DNA from: an uncultured Alphaproteobacteria bacterium
GTDB lineage: Bacteria > Pseudomonadota > Alphaproteobacteria > Rhizobiales > Xanthobacteraceae
Direction: 5' to 3'
DNA: 64,000 nt
NCBI GenBank assembly: GCA_963759705.1
Contig: CAVXAK010000014.1
Span: 112,034-176,033, forward strand
Shown: positions 18,781-30,237 of the stretch, one piece after another
Layout of the letters: each line of letters starts with the position of its first letter
How positions within the stretch are numbered: the first letter of the stretch is position 1
Translations under genes and position numbers: made by a program
Notes under the pieces: model-generated
What the model was told of the DNA's origin: nothing
Database searches by the model: none
Seen by the model: only the letters and a program-made list of their open reading frames with translations

Positions 18781-19803
18781 ATGCGCGCGCTCACGCTGGT
18801 CGCCGACCGGAAGATCGAGCTTCTCGAGGTCCCCGCCCCGCCGCCGCCCGGCTCCGGCGAAGTCCAGGTCGGCGTCAAGGCGATCGGTCTCAATCACATC
18901 GATGTCTGGGGTTGGCGCGGCATGGCGTTCGCCAAGCGCAAACTTCCGCTCGTGGTCGGTGTCGAGGCTGCCGGCGAAATCGTCGCCGTCGGTCCCGATG
19001 TCACGTCATGCAAGGCTGGCGATCGCGTCGTCGCCTACGGCGCGCTGACCTGCGGGACGTGCAAGGCCTGCCGCGAAGGCCGCGACAATCTCTGCGAAAA
19101 TGTCGGCAGCATCATGGGGTTCCATGTCGACGGTTTCGCGCGCGACCTGATCAATATGCCGGCGCGGCTCATTGTTCCGATCCCCCCTGGCGTAAATTTC
19201 CGCGACGCCGCCTGCGCCCCCGTTGCGTTCGGCACCGTACAGCACATGCTGTTCGATAATGCCAAGCTCGAACCGGGCGAAACCATTTTGGTGCAAGCCG
19301 GCGGTTCCGGCATCGGTACGGCCGCGATCAAAATGGCAAAGGCGATCGGCTGTACCGTCATCACAACGGTCGGCGACGATGCCAAGGCCGAGAAGGCCAA
19401 GGCGCTTGGCGCCGATCACGTTATCAATTATCGCACCGACCGCTTCGAAGGCGTGGTGCGAAAACTCACCGGCAAGAAGGGCGTTGACGTCGCCTTCGAG
19501 CATGTCGGCCCCGACACCTTCAACGGCTCGCTGCTTTGTCTCAAGCGCGGCGGACGCCTGGTCACTTGCGGGTCGACCTCAGGCCAGTCGATCACCTTGA
19601 ATCTGTTTCAGCTCTACTTGCAGCAATACCGCATCTTCGGCTCGTTCGGCTGCTCGATGCGCAACATCCGCGAAAGTCTGGCCAAGATGGCGTCCGGTCT
19701 TCTGCCGGTGATCGATACCGAAGTCGCGCTCGCTGACTTCGAACGCGGCCTGACGCGGCTCGAAAGCCGGCAGGTGTTCGGTAAGATCATCGTCCTGTTC
19801 TAG
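18781..19803 (+). CDS. Zinc-binding alcohol dehydrogenase / MDR-family oxidoreductase of the VLCFA cluster
   Basis: MRALTLV..., structural Zn motif CGTCKACREGRDNLC, Rossmann VQAGGSGIGTAAI. An alternative GTG start at 18718 overlaps the fabF1XL stop. Confidence 0.8.
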   Translation: MRALTLVADRKIELLEVPAPPPPGSGEVQVGVKAIGLNHIDVWGWRGMAFAKRKLPLVVGVEAAGEIVAVGPDVTSCKAGDRVVAYGALTCGTCKACREGRDNLCENVGSIMGFHVDGFARDLINMPARLIVPIPPGVNFRDAACAPVAFGTVQHMLFDNAKLEPGETILVQAGGSGIGTAAIKMAKAIGCTVITTVGDDAKAEKAKALGADHVINYRTDRFEGVVRKLTGKKGVDVAFEHVGPDTFNGSLLCLKRGGRLVTCGSTSGQSITLNLFQLYLQQYRIFGSFGCSMRNIRESLAKMASGLLPVIDTEVALADFERGLTRLESRQVFGKIIVLF

Positions 19804-19820
19804 GGCATGATCGCGCTCTG

Positions 19821-20726
19821 ATGGCTGGACGGCGCTCCAAAGTCTTGCTGGATAAAATCGCCGGTGCGCTTGCCGTCGGCATGGTGAGCGCGGTCAAGCA
19901 CACCGACCGCAAGCGGATGGCGAACTTTGCCGGTGCGCTGATGCGCAAAGTCGGTCCGCTGTTCAAGGAACATCGCCTCGGCCGCGAAAACCTCCGCCTG
20001 GCCTTTCCGGAAAAATCCGACGCCGAGATTGAGACAATTCTCTCCGGCGTCTGGGACAATCTCGGCCGCATCGCCATCGAGTTCGCGCACCTCGATGAGT
20101 TCAGCGTCGAAGGCTACGGCACGCCCACGGCGGACGTCATCACCTACCCTCCGGAGTCGAAGGCGCGCTACGAACGCATCTTGGCCAGTGGCAAGCCGAC
20201 GCTCGGCTTTGCCGCCCATCTCGCCAATTGGGAAATGCCCGCAGTCGGCGCGAGATTGCTCGGCAACCGCTCGGCGGTCCTGTATCGGCGGCCCAACATT
20301 CCCGCCATCAGCCATCTTGTCATTAAACTGCGTGAACCGCTGATGGGAGACTTGATTCCGACCGGCCTCGACGCCCCGGTCAAGCTCGCCCGGTTGCTGC
20401 AATCCGGCGCCCATGTCGGCATGCTGGCCGACCAGCACTACACCAAGGGCGTTCCGGTGACGTTCTTCGGCCGGCCCTGTCTCGCCAATCCGCTGATCGC
20501 GCTCCTGGCCAGGCAGACCGAAGCCCCGATCCACGGCGCGCGCGTCGTGCGCAAGCCCGACGGCAACAGCTTCTGGGGCGAAGTCGGTGAGGAAGTCAAA
20601 CCGGTGCGCGATACCGATGGCCGCATCCACATCCAGGGCACGATGCAGGCGATCACATCGGTGATCGAAGGCTGGATTCGCGAGCATCCCGAGCAATGGC
20701 TCTGGCTGCACCGGCGTTGGCGCTGA
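19821..20726 (+). CDS. lpxXL: Lipid A late acyltransferase (HtrB/MsbB family), LpxXL
   Basis: 301 aa. Lauroyl-acyltransferase-family layout (GFAAHLANWE...DQHY). Terminal position in the acpXL cluster. Confidence 0.8.
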   Translation: MAGRRSKVLLDKIAGALAVGMVSAVKHTDRKRMANFAGALMRKVGPLFKEHRLGRENLRLAFPEKSDAEIETILSGVWDNLGRIAIEFAHLDEFSVEGYGTPTADVITYPPESKARYERILASGKPTLGFAAHLANWEMPAVGARLLGNRSAVLYRRPNIPAISHLVIKLREPLMGDLIPTGLDAPVKLARLLQSGAHVGMLADQHYTKGVPVTFFGRPCLANPLIALLARQTEAPIHGARVVRKPDGNSFWGEVGEEVKPVRDTDGRIHIQGTMQAITSVIEGWIREHPEQWLWLHRRWR

Positions 20727-20754
20727 AGCACGAAGGCGGCGGCGCCTCTCTTTC

Positions 20755-23700
20755 TTAGGCTCGTTTCTTGACGGCTTGATCGGCGCCGCCGTGAGCCAAG
20801 CGAAGCGCGGACAGCGGACAAGGCTTGCCGAAGAGATATCCTTGAACCGCGTTGACGCCGGCGGCACGCAGCAACTCGAACTGCTCCTCGGTTTCCACGC
20901 CCTCGGCGACCACTGTGATATTGAGGCTATATGCCAGCGCGCGAACCGCCGACACGATGGCGGCGCATTCGTTGCGGCGTGTGAGATTTTGCGTGAACGA
21001 CTTGTCGATCTTGATCTTGTCGAACGGAAACATCGTCAAATAGCTGAGTGAAGAATAGCCGGTGCCGAAATCGTCGAGAACAATCGATACACCGAGCGCC
21101 TTGAGCTGACGAATGGTGCTAAGCACGTCCAAAGGTGCGTCGATGAGAACGTTCTCGGTGATCTCAAGCTCGAGCCTTTCGGGGAGCACGCCCGACTCGG
21201 CGAGCACGCAGCTCACCAGCTCCACCAAATTCGATTTTTTGAACTGCAATGGTGAGAGGTTGACCGCAACCTTGATCTCGGACGGCAAAACCGCCGCGGC
21301 CGCGCAGGCTTTCCTCAGAATCTGCTCGCCAAGTGGAACGACAAGGCCGGTTTCCTCGGCGAGTGGAATGAATTGCGCAGGCGGAACGAACCCCAACTGC
21401 GGATGGCGCCAGCGCGCCAAAGCCTCCACGCCGAACGCCTCCCGGCTAACGGCGTCGATGATCGGCTGAAAATGAACTTCAAGCTCATCGCAGAATATCG
21501 CCGCACGAAGGTCGCGCTCCAAATGATGCCGCATCTCGGCGTCCTTGGCGAGCCGAGCGTCGAAAAAGCTGTAGCCATTGCGGCCTTCCGATTTAGCCCG
21601 ATAGAGCGCAAGATCAGCCTTTTTCATCAGGTCGCTAGGTTCGTCGCCATCGGTGGGAGCCAGAGAAATGCCGATGGAGACGCCCACGGTGACGTCGTTG
21701 CCGCAGACATCGAATGGCTCCGCGAAAATCTCGATAATGCCCTTGGCAAGAGCCCTGGCGGCTTCGGCCGAATGCGTTGCGTTTCCCTGAATGACGGCGA
21801 ACTCGTCACCGCCAAGCCGTGCCAAAATATCGGTCTTTCCGACCGCGCCCCGCAGTCGTTCGGCAGCCTCCTTCAATAGTTCGTCACCGGCGGCATGGCC
21901 GAGCGAGTCGTTGACCTCCTTGAATCGGTCGAGGTCGAGCATGAAGATTGCGAATGTCTCGCCTTCGTGGCGGAGATTTGCCGATCGCTTCCGCAACTTT
22001 ATCCATGAACAGAACGCGGTTGCATAGCCCGGTCAACAGATCATGATGCGCCATGTACCTGATGCGTTCATCCGCACGCGCGCTCTCGGTGACGTCTTCG
22101 ACCACGCCGAGCAGATATTCGCGGCTTACCGTCTTCACCCGGCAGAACAATCTTCTGCGAGCGCACCATCCTCATGCCGTTGCTCGGCGTTTCGACCTCG
22201 TGCGTCTCATCGACGAAATCGACGTTACTCTCCAACAAATGTCTTTCTCGGGCGTCGAGCCTGTCGGCTGTCGCTGCCGGTAGGATGTCGCGACCGTGTT
22301 TCCCGATGGCGTTGTCGCGGGATATGCCCCAGAGTTTCTCAGCGGCCCGGTTCACCAGTGTGTAGTGTAGTGTACGCGCGTCCTTGACCACGATCGTCAC
22401 GGGGACGGTCTCGATGACCGCATTGAGAAACGCCAAGTTTTGATCACGCTCCCGTTCCAGCCGACGTTGTTCGGTAATATCGCGAATGACGCCAATCAAA
22501 TACTTGGGCACGCCGTTGTCGTCGTTGATGGTAAGTCGCGTCACGGACGCACGCCGTATTCCGTTCCGCGGCGTGCTGATGTCGCGCTCGCTGTCCGACA
22601 AACCGCCCAACCGGATTAGTTCGTCGTCGCGTTCCGTGAAGGAATCAGCGTCGGGTAGCGAAAAAACACCGTACGAAGTCCGTCCGATGACCTCGCTGCG
22701 CGAAATACCCCAGAATTCTTCAGCGGCGCGGTTGACAAGAACAAAACGGCGATCAGTTGCGTCCTTGACGAAGACCGGCACCGGAACGTTCTCGAGAATG
22801 AGGTCGATGAATTTTCGATTGCGATCGCGCTCGATTTCCGCCGATTGCCGTTCTGTGATGTCCTCATGCGTGGCAATCCACCCGCCATTTTCGAGCGGCT
22901 TATTCACGATTTTGATGGCGCGCCCATCGGGCGTTTTTATCAAAAGTTCGACAACTCTTCCGCTCGCGACATCGCGCAATATCGACGAACAATATGCTTC
23001 GACGTCGCCCTCGAAGCCTCCGCGTTCCTTTCGATGCACGATGAGATCGTGAAGCGCGCATCCGGGCTTGGCGACATCCGGCGACAGCCCATACATGGCG
23101 ATATAGCGATCATTGCAGACGACAATTCGGCCGGTTGCGTCAAACAGCAAAAGGCCCTGCACCATGTTGTTGAGCGCAGTGTCGAGGCGTTGCTTCTGCT
23201 CGGCGATATCTCGCTCGGAACGCCTGTGTTCTTCAGACCGTTGCTTGACGATCAGAGATACGACGATTGCGATGACGACGGCCAATAAGCCGGCGACGGC
23301 AAACGGAAACGTGGTTTGCTTTCGCCAATTGGAGAGGAGGGCATCCTCCTCAATGCCGACGCTCACGAAGAGCGGATAATTCTGCAGGCGGTAGGCGGTC
23401 AGCAGCCGGTCTTTGCCGTCCATTTTGCCGATTATTCGGGTTATGCCGTAATTGCCGTTGCCCAGCGCCCCGAGGCCAGCGGGAAAGAAACGTCCAACGA
23501 CGGAATCGATGTGCGGATAGCGCAGCATGAGGATTCCGTCATCGCGAAACAGCGCGTATGAGCTGTTTTTCCCGTTTGAGATCAGGCTGAAGAAGTCCTC
23601 AAGAAATTGAAGCTTGATCCGGGCTACAACGACGCCCAGGAAATCGTCGCCAGGCGCGGCCAACTTGCGAGCAAGGACGACGGACCAAGCACCTTCCGTG

Positions 23701-24278
23701 CCGCTGCGTACAGGTTCGCCTATAAAAAGCGTCGATCGTGGATTCGATTTGAGGATATTGAAGTATTTTTCGCCGGCGACATTTTCGGCCGAAGCCGCCA
23801 AAGGTTGCGACGAATTGATCCGCCGCCCATCCGAGCCAATCAATTCAAGATCAGTGACGTGAGGAAGGGCGCTGATCAGACTTTTCAGCATTTGACTGAC
23901 ATCGCGACCAGACAACCGCCGCTCAAAGTCGACAGTCGAGGCAATTCCTTCCGTTCGGATCCGCGCAGCGACCGTTTGTTCGACGAGATCGACTTCCGCG
24001 AGACTTTGGTCGACATGACGGGCAAGCAGGCGGGCGGTGTTTTTCAATTCGCGTTCAACATTCGTCAGCGCATGCTCGCGAAATCGCTCGACCATAACGG
24101 CAGTGCCGGCGACCGTCGCAAGGATCAGCAACACTCCGGCCAGAATCAGCCAGCGCACCGGTTCGGATCCGGCTTTCGCCGCCGATGCTTTCAATTTGGA
24201 GAAAACGGGTGCGCCAGATGCTTCGATTGCGTCGCCGCGCCGGCGTCCGAAGAGCTTGGTGAAAAACAGCTTACCCAC
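20755..24278 (-). pseudogene. Membrane sensor (Cache-like periplasmic domain, three PAS repeats, GGDEF, EAL) split by two frameshifts
   Basis: The gene reads through three frames: 22068..24278 (TM-periplasmic-TM-PAS x3), 21884..22150 (YLLGVVEDVTE...HHDLLTGLCNR) and 20755..21996 (FMLDLDRFKEVND, GGDEF, EALARWRHP, DDFGTGYSS). Breaks lie near 22108..22125 and 21970..21995. Confidence 0.8.
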
Positions 24279-24472
24279 GACACGATTGCCTCCCCGGGGC
24301 TTGTGTAATGGACCGGGATGGAAACGGCGTTAGTAAAACTAGTTAGTGTGCAGTTAATTCAATCCGTACAATGCGTTACCCGAGAACCTCAGCTGAAGGT
24401 GCACTCCGAAGATCGTACGATCGGAGGTCTCAGAACAGCCGCACGTTGGTCGCTTCAACTGGACGAATCCGG

Positions 24473-25300
24473 TCAGTGCGCCGCAGCCAGCGTATCCCGC
24501 CGTACCTCAGCGATGATCTCGGCAACGTCGTTTGCAATCTTCGGACCGTGCGTTCTCATTTCTGAAAACTCGGCCTCAGAGATGAGGTCGCGCAATCCGG
24601 TCTTGAAGCTCGGCCAGCCGCTCGCCATCGCCCACCACGCCTTGACGCCCGGCCGGTCTTTGATCCAGAGGTCGAGAAGGCCGAGATAGTCGAGCCGCGC
24701 CGCGAACGGCATCAGATTGATGTCGGCGAGACTTGGCTTGTCGCCCAGGATCCACGGCCCATTCTCGAAGAGAGTTTGTTCCAGCATTTTGAACGCCCGC
24801 TCGTAGGCCGCGATCGCATGTACGACGAACGGCGAGCGCACGCCGAGCTCATAGGTCGACATGAACCGGTCGCGTCGGCGCGGATCGCCGACATTGCGAA
24901 ATCGTCTCTCCCGGATTTCCTCCGGCATGTTGCGCATACGCTCGCGGAACATGGCGGAAAAACTGAGTTCGGTCACGCCCTCGAACAGGCCCTCGTCGAC
25001 CATTTTGCTCCACAGCCGCATGCGTGTCCGCAGCCATGGGTCGGAAGGGATGAGCCGCGGCTCGGGAAAGGTGTCATCGAGATATTCGCAGATCAGCGTC
25101 GACTCGATGATGGCTTTTCCGTCGTGCACCAGCGTCGGCACGATGCCCTTGGGATTGAGCTTGAGATATGCGGGATCGTATTGCTGGGCTTTGAACAGAT
25201 CGACTTTGATGGACTCCCAATCGAGCCCTTTGGCGCGCATCGTGATGCGCACTTTCTGACAGCATACCGAATTGCCGAAATCGTAAAGCGTCAGCAACAC
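24473..25300 (-). CDS. Glutathione S-transferase family protein
   Basis: GTG 25300 is chosen because an earlier start would overlap the upstream gene. LTLYDFGNSVCCQKVR...VPTLVHDGKAIIESTLICEYLDD is a thioredoxin-fold GST N-domain. Confidence 0.75.
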   Translation of the reverse strand: MLLTLYDFGNSVCCQKVRITMRAKGLDWESIKVDLFKAQQYDPAYLKLNPKGIVPTLVHDGKAIIESTLICEYLDDTFPEPRLIPSDPWLRTRMRLWSKMVDEGLFEGVTELSFSAMFRERMRNMPEEIRERRFRNVGDPRRRDRFMSTYELGVRSPFVVHAIAAYERAFKMLEQTLFENGPWILGDKPSLADINLMPFAARLDYLGLLDLWIKDRPGVKAWWAMASGWPSFKTGLRDLISEAEFSEMRTHGPKIANDVAEIIAEVRRDTLAAAH

Positions 25301-25313
25301 CGACCCCGCGTCT

Positions 25314-26267
25314 TCAGAGCTTTTTGATGCCGGCCTGCTCGATGATCTGCTTGAACACACCGATTTCTTTGGTTACGCGCGCCCAGGCGGCATCCGCGCC
25401 CTTCGGCCGTACCAGGAAGCCGGCCTTGTAGAGTTTCTCTTTCATGTCCGGCGTGGTCAATACCTTCAACGTTTCGCTCTCCAGCCACTTGACGTGCTCC
25501 GGCGGCGTCTTCGCCGGAGCGAGCAGTACGGTATCGGTGGCAAACACGAAATCCTTGTAACCGGACTCCTGCATCGTGGGGACGTCCGGCATATCGGGCC
25601 AGCGAGCATCGCCGGTAACGGCCAGACACCGCAGCGTTCCTGATTTGATGTGTGGCGCCGCAGGCGGCAGCGATCCAGAGCTCAACTGAACTGTACCGCT
25701 AAGCAGCGCAGCGATGGCGTCGCCACCGCCCTTAAACACCACGTCCTCCAGCTTCGGCAGCTTTTCGCGGAGTTTCAACACTTCCAACTCGATCTGCGGC
25801 GTCGTGCCGATAGGCGGCGTCGCACAGTTGTATTTCTCGGGGTTAGCGCGCGCGAGCGCGACGAACTCCTTGATGGTCTTCACCGGCTGCTCCGACCTCA
25901 CCACAAACGTGTTCGGCGAAGTCGCCAATTCGCTGACGCCGACGAAATCCTTGTAGGGATCGTAGGGTAGATGATTGTACAGCCCGTAATTCACCGAATA
26001 GGCGTTGGTGGCGAGCAGAATTGTATAGCCGTCCGGATCGGCGTGCGCGGCGTATTCCATACCGATGTTGCCGCCAGCGCCACCGCGGTTTTCGACGATA
26101 AACGTCTTGCCGGTCGATTGCTCGAGAGCGGCTGTGACGATGCGGGCGACGATGTCGGACGGTCCGCCTGGCGTATTGGCCACCACGAACTTGACTGGAC
26201 GATCCGGATAATCGGCAAAAGCCGAACGGACGCTAAGGAGTCGCAGGTGTGGCAACACCGGCCCCAA
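25314..26267 (-). CDS. Bug/TctC-family periplasmic substrate-binding protein (N-terminus possibly frameshifted)
   Basis: YPDRPVKFVVANTPGGPSDIVARI...ENRGGAGGN. From TTG 26267 the leader is poor. A Tat-like leader MTKSTAKFGAHWAPSRRDILRGA lies in another frame (ORF 25991..26344). Confidence 0.75.
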   Translation of the reverse strand: MGPVLPHLRLLSVRSAFADYPDRPVKFVVANTPGGPSDIVARIVTAALEQSTGKTFIVENRGGAGGNIGMEYAAHADPDGYTILLATNAYSVNYGLYNHLPYDPYKDFVGVSELATSPNTFVVRSEQPVKTIKEFVALARANPEKYNCATPPIGTTPQIELEVLKLREKLPKLEDVVFKGGGDAIAALLSGTVQLSSGSLPPAAPHIKSGTLRCLAVTGDARWPDMPDVPTMQESGYKDFVFATDTVLLAPAKTPPEHVKWLESETLKVLTTPDMKEKLYKAGFLVRPKGADAAWARVTKEIGVFKQIIEQAGIKKL

Positions 26268-26464
26268 GCGCGCCTGGCGCCTCTCAGAATGTCGCGCCGC
26301 GACGGCGCCCAGTGCGCGCCGAATTTGGCGGTCGACTTGGTCATGATCCTCCCCTTGACGGTTGCGGCATGTTTTCTTATTTTGCGCGGTTTGTACGGTA
26401 AACGTCCAGCATCAGCGAAACAATGGCGCTGACCAAGGTAAGCGAAGCGCTGCTGGCTGGCCCT

Positions 26465-27613
26465 TCAATGTCCCGTCTTGATCCGGGTCCACAGCCGATT
26501 GATCAGCCGTTGCGATTTCTGATCGTGAGCGATGACCGTGTAGAGGTTCGCCATGGTCGCCGCATCGGGATAGATCGTCCGATCGTTCAGGATCGACCTG
26601 TCGACGAACGGCTGGCTGGCGATGTTGCCGTTGGCGTAGGCGACGAAATTGGTGTTCTTGGCTGCAACCTCGGGCTTGAGCAGGTAATTGATCAATTCAT
26701 GCGCTTCGGCGACGTCAGGCGCGTCGTTGGGGATGGCGAGATTATCGAACCACAGTTGCGCGCCCTCCTTCGGAATCGAATAGCCAATCTCAATGCCTCC
26801 TTTCGCTTCGGCCGCTCGCTTCTGCGCCTGCTTGATATCGCCGGAAAAGCCGACGGCGAGGCAAATTTCGCCGGTGGCGAGCGCATTGAGGTATTCCGAC
26901 GAGTGGAATTTGCGCACGTACGGCCTGATCTTCATCAGAAGATCGGTCGCCTTTTCGAGATCGCCCGGGTCGCTCGTGTTTGGATCGAGATGTAGATAAT
27001 GAAGCGCGGCCGACATGATGTCGTCGGAAGAATCGAGCAGATGGATGCCACAATCCTTGAACCTTGCGACCTTGTCGGGATCGAACACGTCGCTCCAGCT
27101 ATCGATCGTTTGGTTGGCGCCCAGGGCTTCCCTTGCACTTGCGATGTTGTAGCCGATGCCGGTCGTTCCCCACATGTAATTGACGGCATATTGGTTGCCG
27201 GGATCGTAAAAGGCGAGCCGGCGCGCGATTTCCGGCCAGGCGTTGACGAGATTAGGCAGCTTGGATTTATCGAGCTTCTGGAAGAGGCCGCCGGCAATCT
27301 GACGCGCCAGGAAATAGGCGGTCGGAACGACGACATCATAGCCTGACTTGCCGGCGAGCAGCTTCGCGTCGAGGGTATCGGAGGAATCAAACGTGTCGTA
27401 GCGGACTTTGATGCCGGTCGTTCTGGTGAAATCGTCGAGCACGCTCGGATCGAGGTAGTCCGACCAATTGTAGAAGTTGACGACGCGTTGATGCTGAGCC
27501 GTCGCCGGCGTGGCCGCGCCGAGAAACGCCGCGGCGGCCGCCGTAACGATGATCGCGAAACACCAGGCTGCCGCCTGCGCGGCACCGAGCGGCGAATGGG
27601 TTGAAGCCGTCAC
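26465..27613 (-). CDS. Polyamine (putrescine/spermidine) ABC-transporter periplasmic binding protein, PotF/PotD family
   Basis: 382 aa. VVNFYNWSDYLDPSVLDDFTRTTGIKVRYDTFDSSDTLDAKLLAG...YMWGTTGIGYN is a typical PotF/PotD signature. GTG start. Confidence 0.8.
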   Translation of the reverse strand: MTASTHSPLGAAQAAAWCFAIIVTAAAAAFLGAATPATAQHQRVVNFYNWSDYLDPSVLDDFTRTTGIKVRYDTFDSSDTLDAKLLAGKSGYDVVVPTAYFLARQIAGGLFQKLDKSKLPNLVNAWPEIARRLAFYDPGNQYAVNYMWGTTGIGYNIASAREALGANQTIDSWSDVFDPDKVARFKDCGIHLLDSSDDIMSAALHYLHLDPNTSDPGDLEKATDLLMKIRPYVRKFHSSEYLNALATGEICLAVGFSGDIKQAQKRAAEAKGGIEIGYSIPKEGAQLWFDNLAIPNDAPDVAEAHELINYLLKPEVAAKNTNFVAYANGNIASQPFVDRSILNDRTIYPDAATMANLYTVIAHDQKSQRLINRLWTRIKTGH

Positions 27614-27625
27614 GGAATAATCACG

Positions 27626-27955
27626 TTACGTCTCGGTGGGCAGCCCTGCGGCCTTCCAGGCCAGAATTCCGCCCGCCAGATGCGAGCCGTAGGCAAAGCC
27701 TTGCTCTTGCGCTGCGAGCGACGCGGTCACCGAACGCCGCCCGGAGCGGCAGGCGAATACGACCTCGCATCCCTCGGAATGTGGAATCTCGGACGGATCG
27801 AACGCCGACAGCGGCACGAGAACCGCACCGGGAAAGCGTTCAAGCGCGGTCTCATTCGGCTCGCGCACGTCGACCAGCACCATGCGCCCCTCTTCGAGGC
27901 CTCGCGCAACTTCTTCCGGCGTCAGATCGCGTACGCCGGGGGGTTGATCCGACAT
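27626..27955 (-). CDS. Single-domain rhodanese-like sulfurtransferase
   Basis: 109 aa from ATG 27955. LVDVREPNE and active-site loop CRSGRRS. Confidence 0.8.
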   Translation of the reverse strand: MSDQPPGVRDLTPEEVARGLEEGRMVLVDVREPNETALERFPGAVLVPLSAFDPSEIPHSEGCEVVFACRSGRRSVTASLAAQEQGFAYGSHLAGGILAWKAAGLPTET

Positions 27956-28061
27956 CGTCCGTCTCCCTGCGATCGGCGCGCCATGCGGCGTGGATGACCA
28001 TCCCACGCCCACATACCGCGCGTGACTTACCCTACGTGCTCTCGTCGCGAAGGTGAAGTCC

Positions 28062-29993
28062 TCAGACCGAGACCTGCGTGCCCACTTCGACCACCCGGTC
28101 GGTGGGAATCTGGAAATAGTCTGTGGCGTCGTTCGCCGAGCGCGCCAGCCTGATGAACAGGCGGTCCTGCCAGCGCGGCATTCCCGAATGTGGCGCCGGG
28201 CGCAGCGAGCGCCGCGACAGGAAGAACGACGTCGACATGATGTCGAAATGCCAGCCCAGCTTGCGAGCAATCGCCAATGCTTTGGGAATATTCGGCGTCT
28301 CCATATAGCCGAAGCGCAACATCACGCGCATGAAGGTCGATCCGACCGGCTCGATGCGCACGCGCTTGGCGTTCGCCACCCGAGGGGTGTGCGTCGTCTC
28401 GACGCTGAGAATGACGTTCTTTTCGTGCAACACCTTGTAGTGCTTGAGACTGTGCATCAGCGCCGTGGGTGCGCTCTTGGGGTCGCTGGTGAGAAACACC
28501 GCCGTCCCGGGAACGCGCTGCGGCGGCTTTCGCTCCAGCATGCGCACCAGGTCATCGAGCGGCGTCTCGAGCCGGCGTGTCTTGTCGTAAAGGATCTTGC
28601 TGCCGCGCCGCCATGTGTACATGACCATCATCACCATGCCGCCGAGCGCCAAAGGCACCCAGCCGCCCTCAACGACCTTGAGCATGTTGGCGGACAGAAA
28701 GGTCAGATCGATCACAAGAAAGGGCAACATCAAGGCGGCGGCGGCGTAAGGCGACCAGCGCCACATCCTCCAGATGACGATGAATGCCATCAGACCGGTG
28801 ACGACCATGGTGCCGGTCACGGCGATGCCGTAGGCCGAAGCGAGCGCGCTTGAAGACCGGAACAGAGCGACCAGCAACAGCACGCCGACCAGAAGGAGGG
28901 TGTTCACGCGCGGCATGTAGATCTGGCCGGCTTGCCGCGCCGACGTATGCCGGACTTCGAGCCGAGGCAGAAGGCCGAGCTGGATGGCTTGGCTGGTGAG
29001 CGAATAGGCGCCGGTAATGACCGCCTGGCTTGCAATGACTGTCGCCGCCGTCGCCAGAACGACCATCGGGAGGCGGAGCCATTCCGGATAGAGCAGAAAG
29101 AAGGGATTTTCCAGTGCCTTCGGATGAGCGAACACCAACGCGCCCTGTCCGAGATAGTTGATGGCCAATGCCGGCAGAACCAGCGTCAGCCAGGCGAACT
29201 GAATCGGCCCGCGGCCGAAATGCCCGAGGTCCGCATAGAGCGCCTCAGCCCCGGTCACGGCGAGGAACACGGCGCCAAGGGTAAAGAGGCCGACGATGCC
29301 GTGCTGCACGAGGAAATTGATGCCGAAATACGGATTGAGAGCCCACAGCACTCCGGGGTCGGCGGCGATCCATATCAGACCCGGAATAGCGATCGCCACG
29401 AACCAGATCGTCGTGATCGGTCCGAACAGCGCCGCCACCTTCGCTGTGCCGCGTGACTGGAAGGAGAAGAGCAGAATAAGGATCACCACGGTCACCGGCA
29501 CAACATAGGCGTCGAGCGCCGGTGTAGCGACGTCGATGCCTTCGACCGCCGAGAGCACCGACAGCGCCGGCGTGATGACAGCATCGCCGTAGAACAGCGC
29601 CGCGCTGATGATACCGAGCAGCGCGACAAAGCTCGCGGCCCTGCCGACACGACCTACGGCACGCGACGCGAGCGCCATGAGGGTCAGCGTACCGCCCTCA
29701 CCATTATTGTCGGCGCGCAGCAGGATGACGACGTACTTCAACGTGACGACAATGATCAGCGCCCACAGGATCAGCGACACAACGCCGATCACGGTGCCGC
29801 GCAGGAATTCGCCGCCCTCCTCTGCTCCGGCCGCCTTGACGGCCTCGCGCAGCGCGTACAGCGGGCTGGTGCCGATGTCCCCGTAAACGACGCCGATGCT
29901 GCCAATCGTCAGGCCCCAGAAGCCGGCATGCGGCGTGCCCTCGCCGTCGGCTCCCAATTCGCTACGGGGCGGAACAGCAATGCTGTCGGTCAT
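28062..29993 (-). CDS. kup: Kup/HAK/KT potassium uptake transporter
   Basis: 643 aa. [17 protein letters not shown]...[13 protein letters not shown]. Conserved C-terminal domain. Confidence 0.9.
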   Translation of the reverse strand: MTDSIAVPPRSELGADGEGTPHAGFWGLTIGSIGVVYGDIGTSPLYALREAVKAAGAEEGGEFLRGTVIGVVSLILWALIIVVTLKYVVILLRADNNGEGGTLTLMALASRAVGRVGRAASFVALLGIISAALFYGDAVITPALSVLSAVEGIDVATPALDAYVVPVTVVILILLFSFQSRGTAKVAALFGPITTIWFVAIAIPGLIWIAADPGVLWALNPYFGINFLVQHGIVGLFTLGAVFLAVTGAEALYADLGHFGRGPIQFAWLTLVLPALAINYLGQGALVFAHPKALENPFFLLYPEWLRLPMVVLATAATVIASQAVITGAYSLTSQAIQLGLLPRLEVRHTSARQAGQIYMPRVNTLLLVGVLLLVALFRSSSALASAYGIAVTGTMVVTGLMAFIVIWRMWRWSPYAAAALMLPFLVIDLTFLSANMLKVVEGGWVPLALGGMVMMVMYTWRRGSKILYDKTRRLETPLDDLVRMLERKPPQRVPGTAVFLTSDPKSAPTALMHSLKHYKVLHEKNVILSVETTHTPRVANAKRVRIEPVGSTFMRVMLRFGYMETPNIPKALAIARKLGWHFDIMSTSFFLSRRSLRPAPHSGMPRWQDRLFIRLARSANDATDYFQIPTDRVVEVGTQVSV

Positions 29994-30237
29994 GGGGACA
30001 GTACATCGTGAGGTTCGCCTGTTTTGGCATATGCTGCAAAAAGCGCGCCCGCACGCGCTGTATCACCAAAGCCCGATCGAGTCATAAACCAGCGCTTCCC
30101 TAGGAGTCCTACACCGCCGCAGGAATTGGGGACAGAGCCCGCTCTTCGCCATGCGACGGCATGTAGGACGATATTCGATTTAGGTATTGCCGCGAACGAT
30201 GTGTCGCCCGGCGACGGTGCAGCGTGTCTCGATGAGG

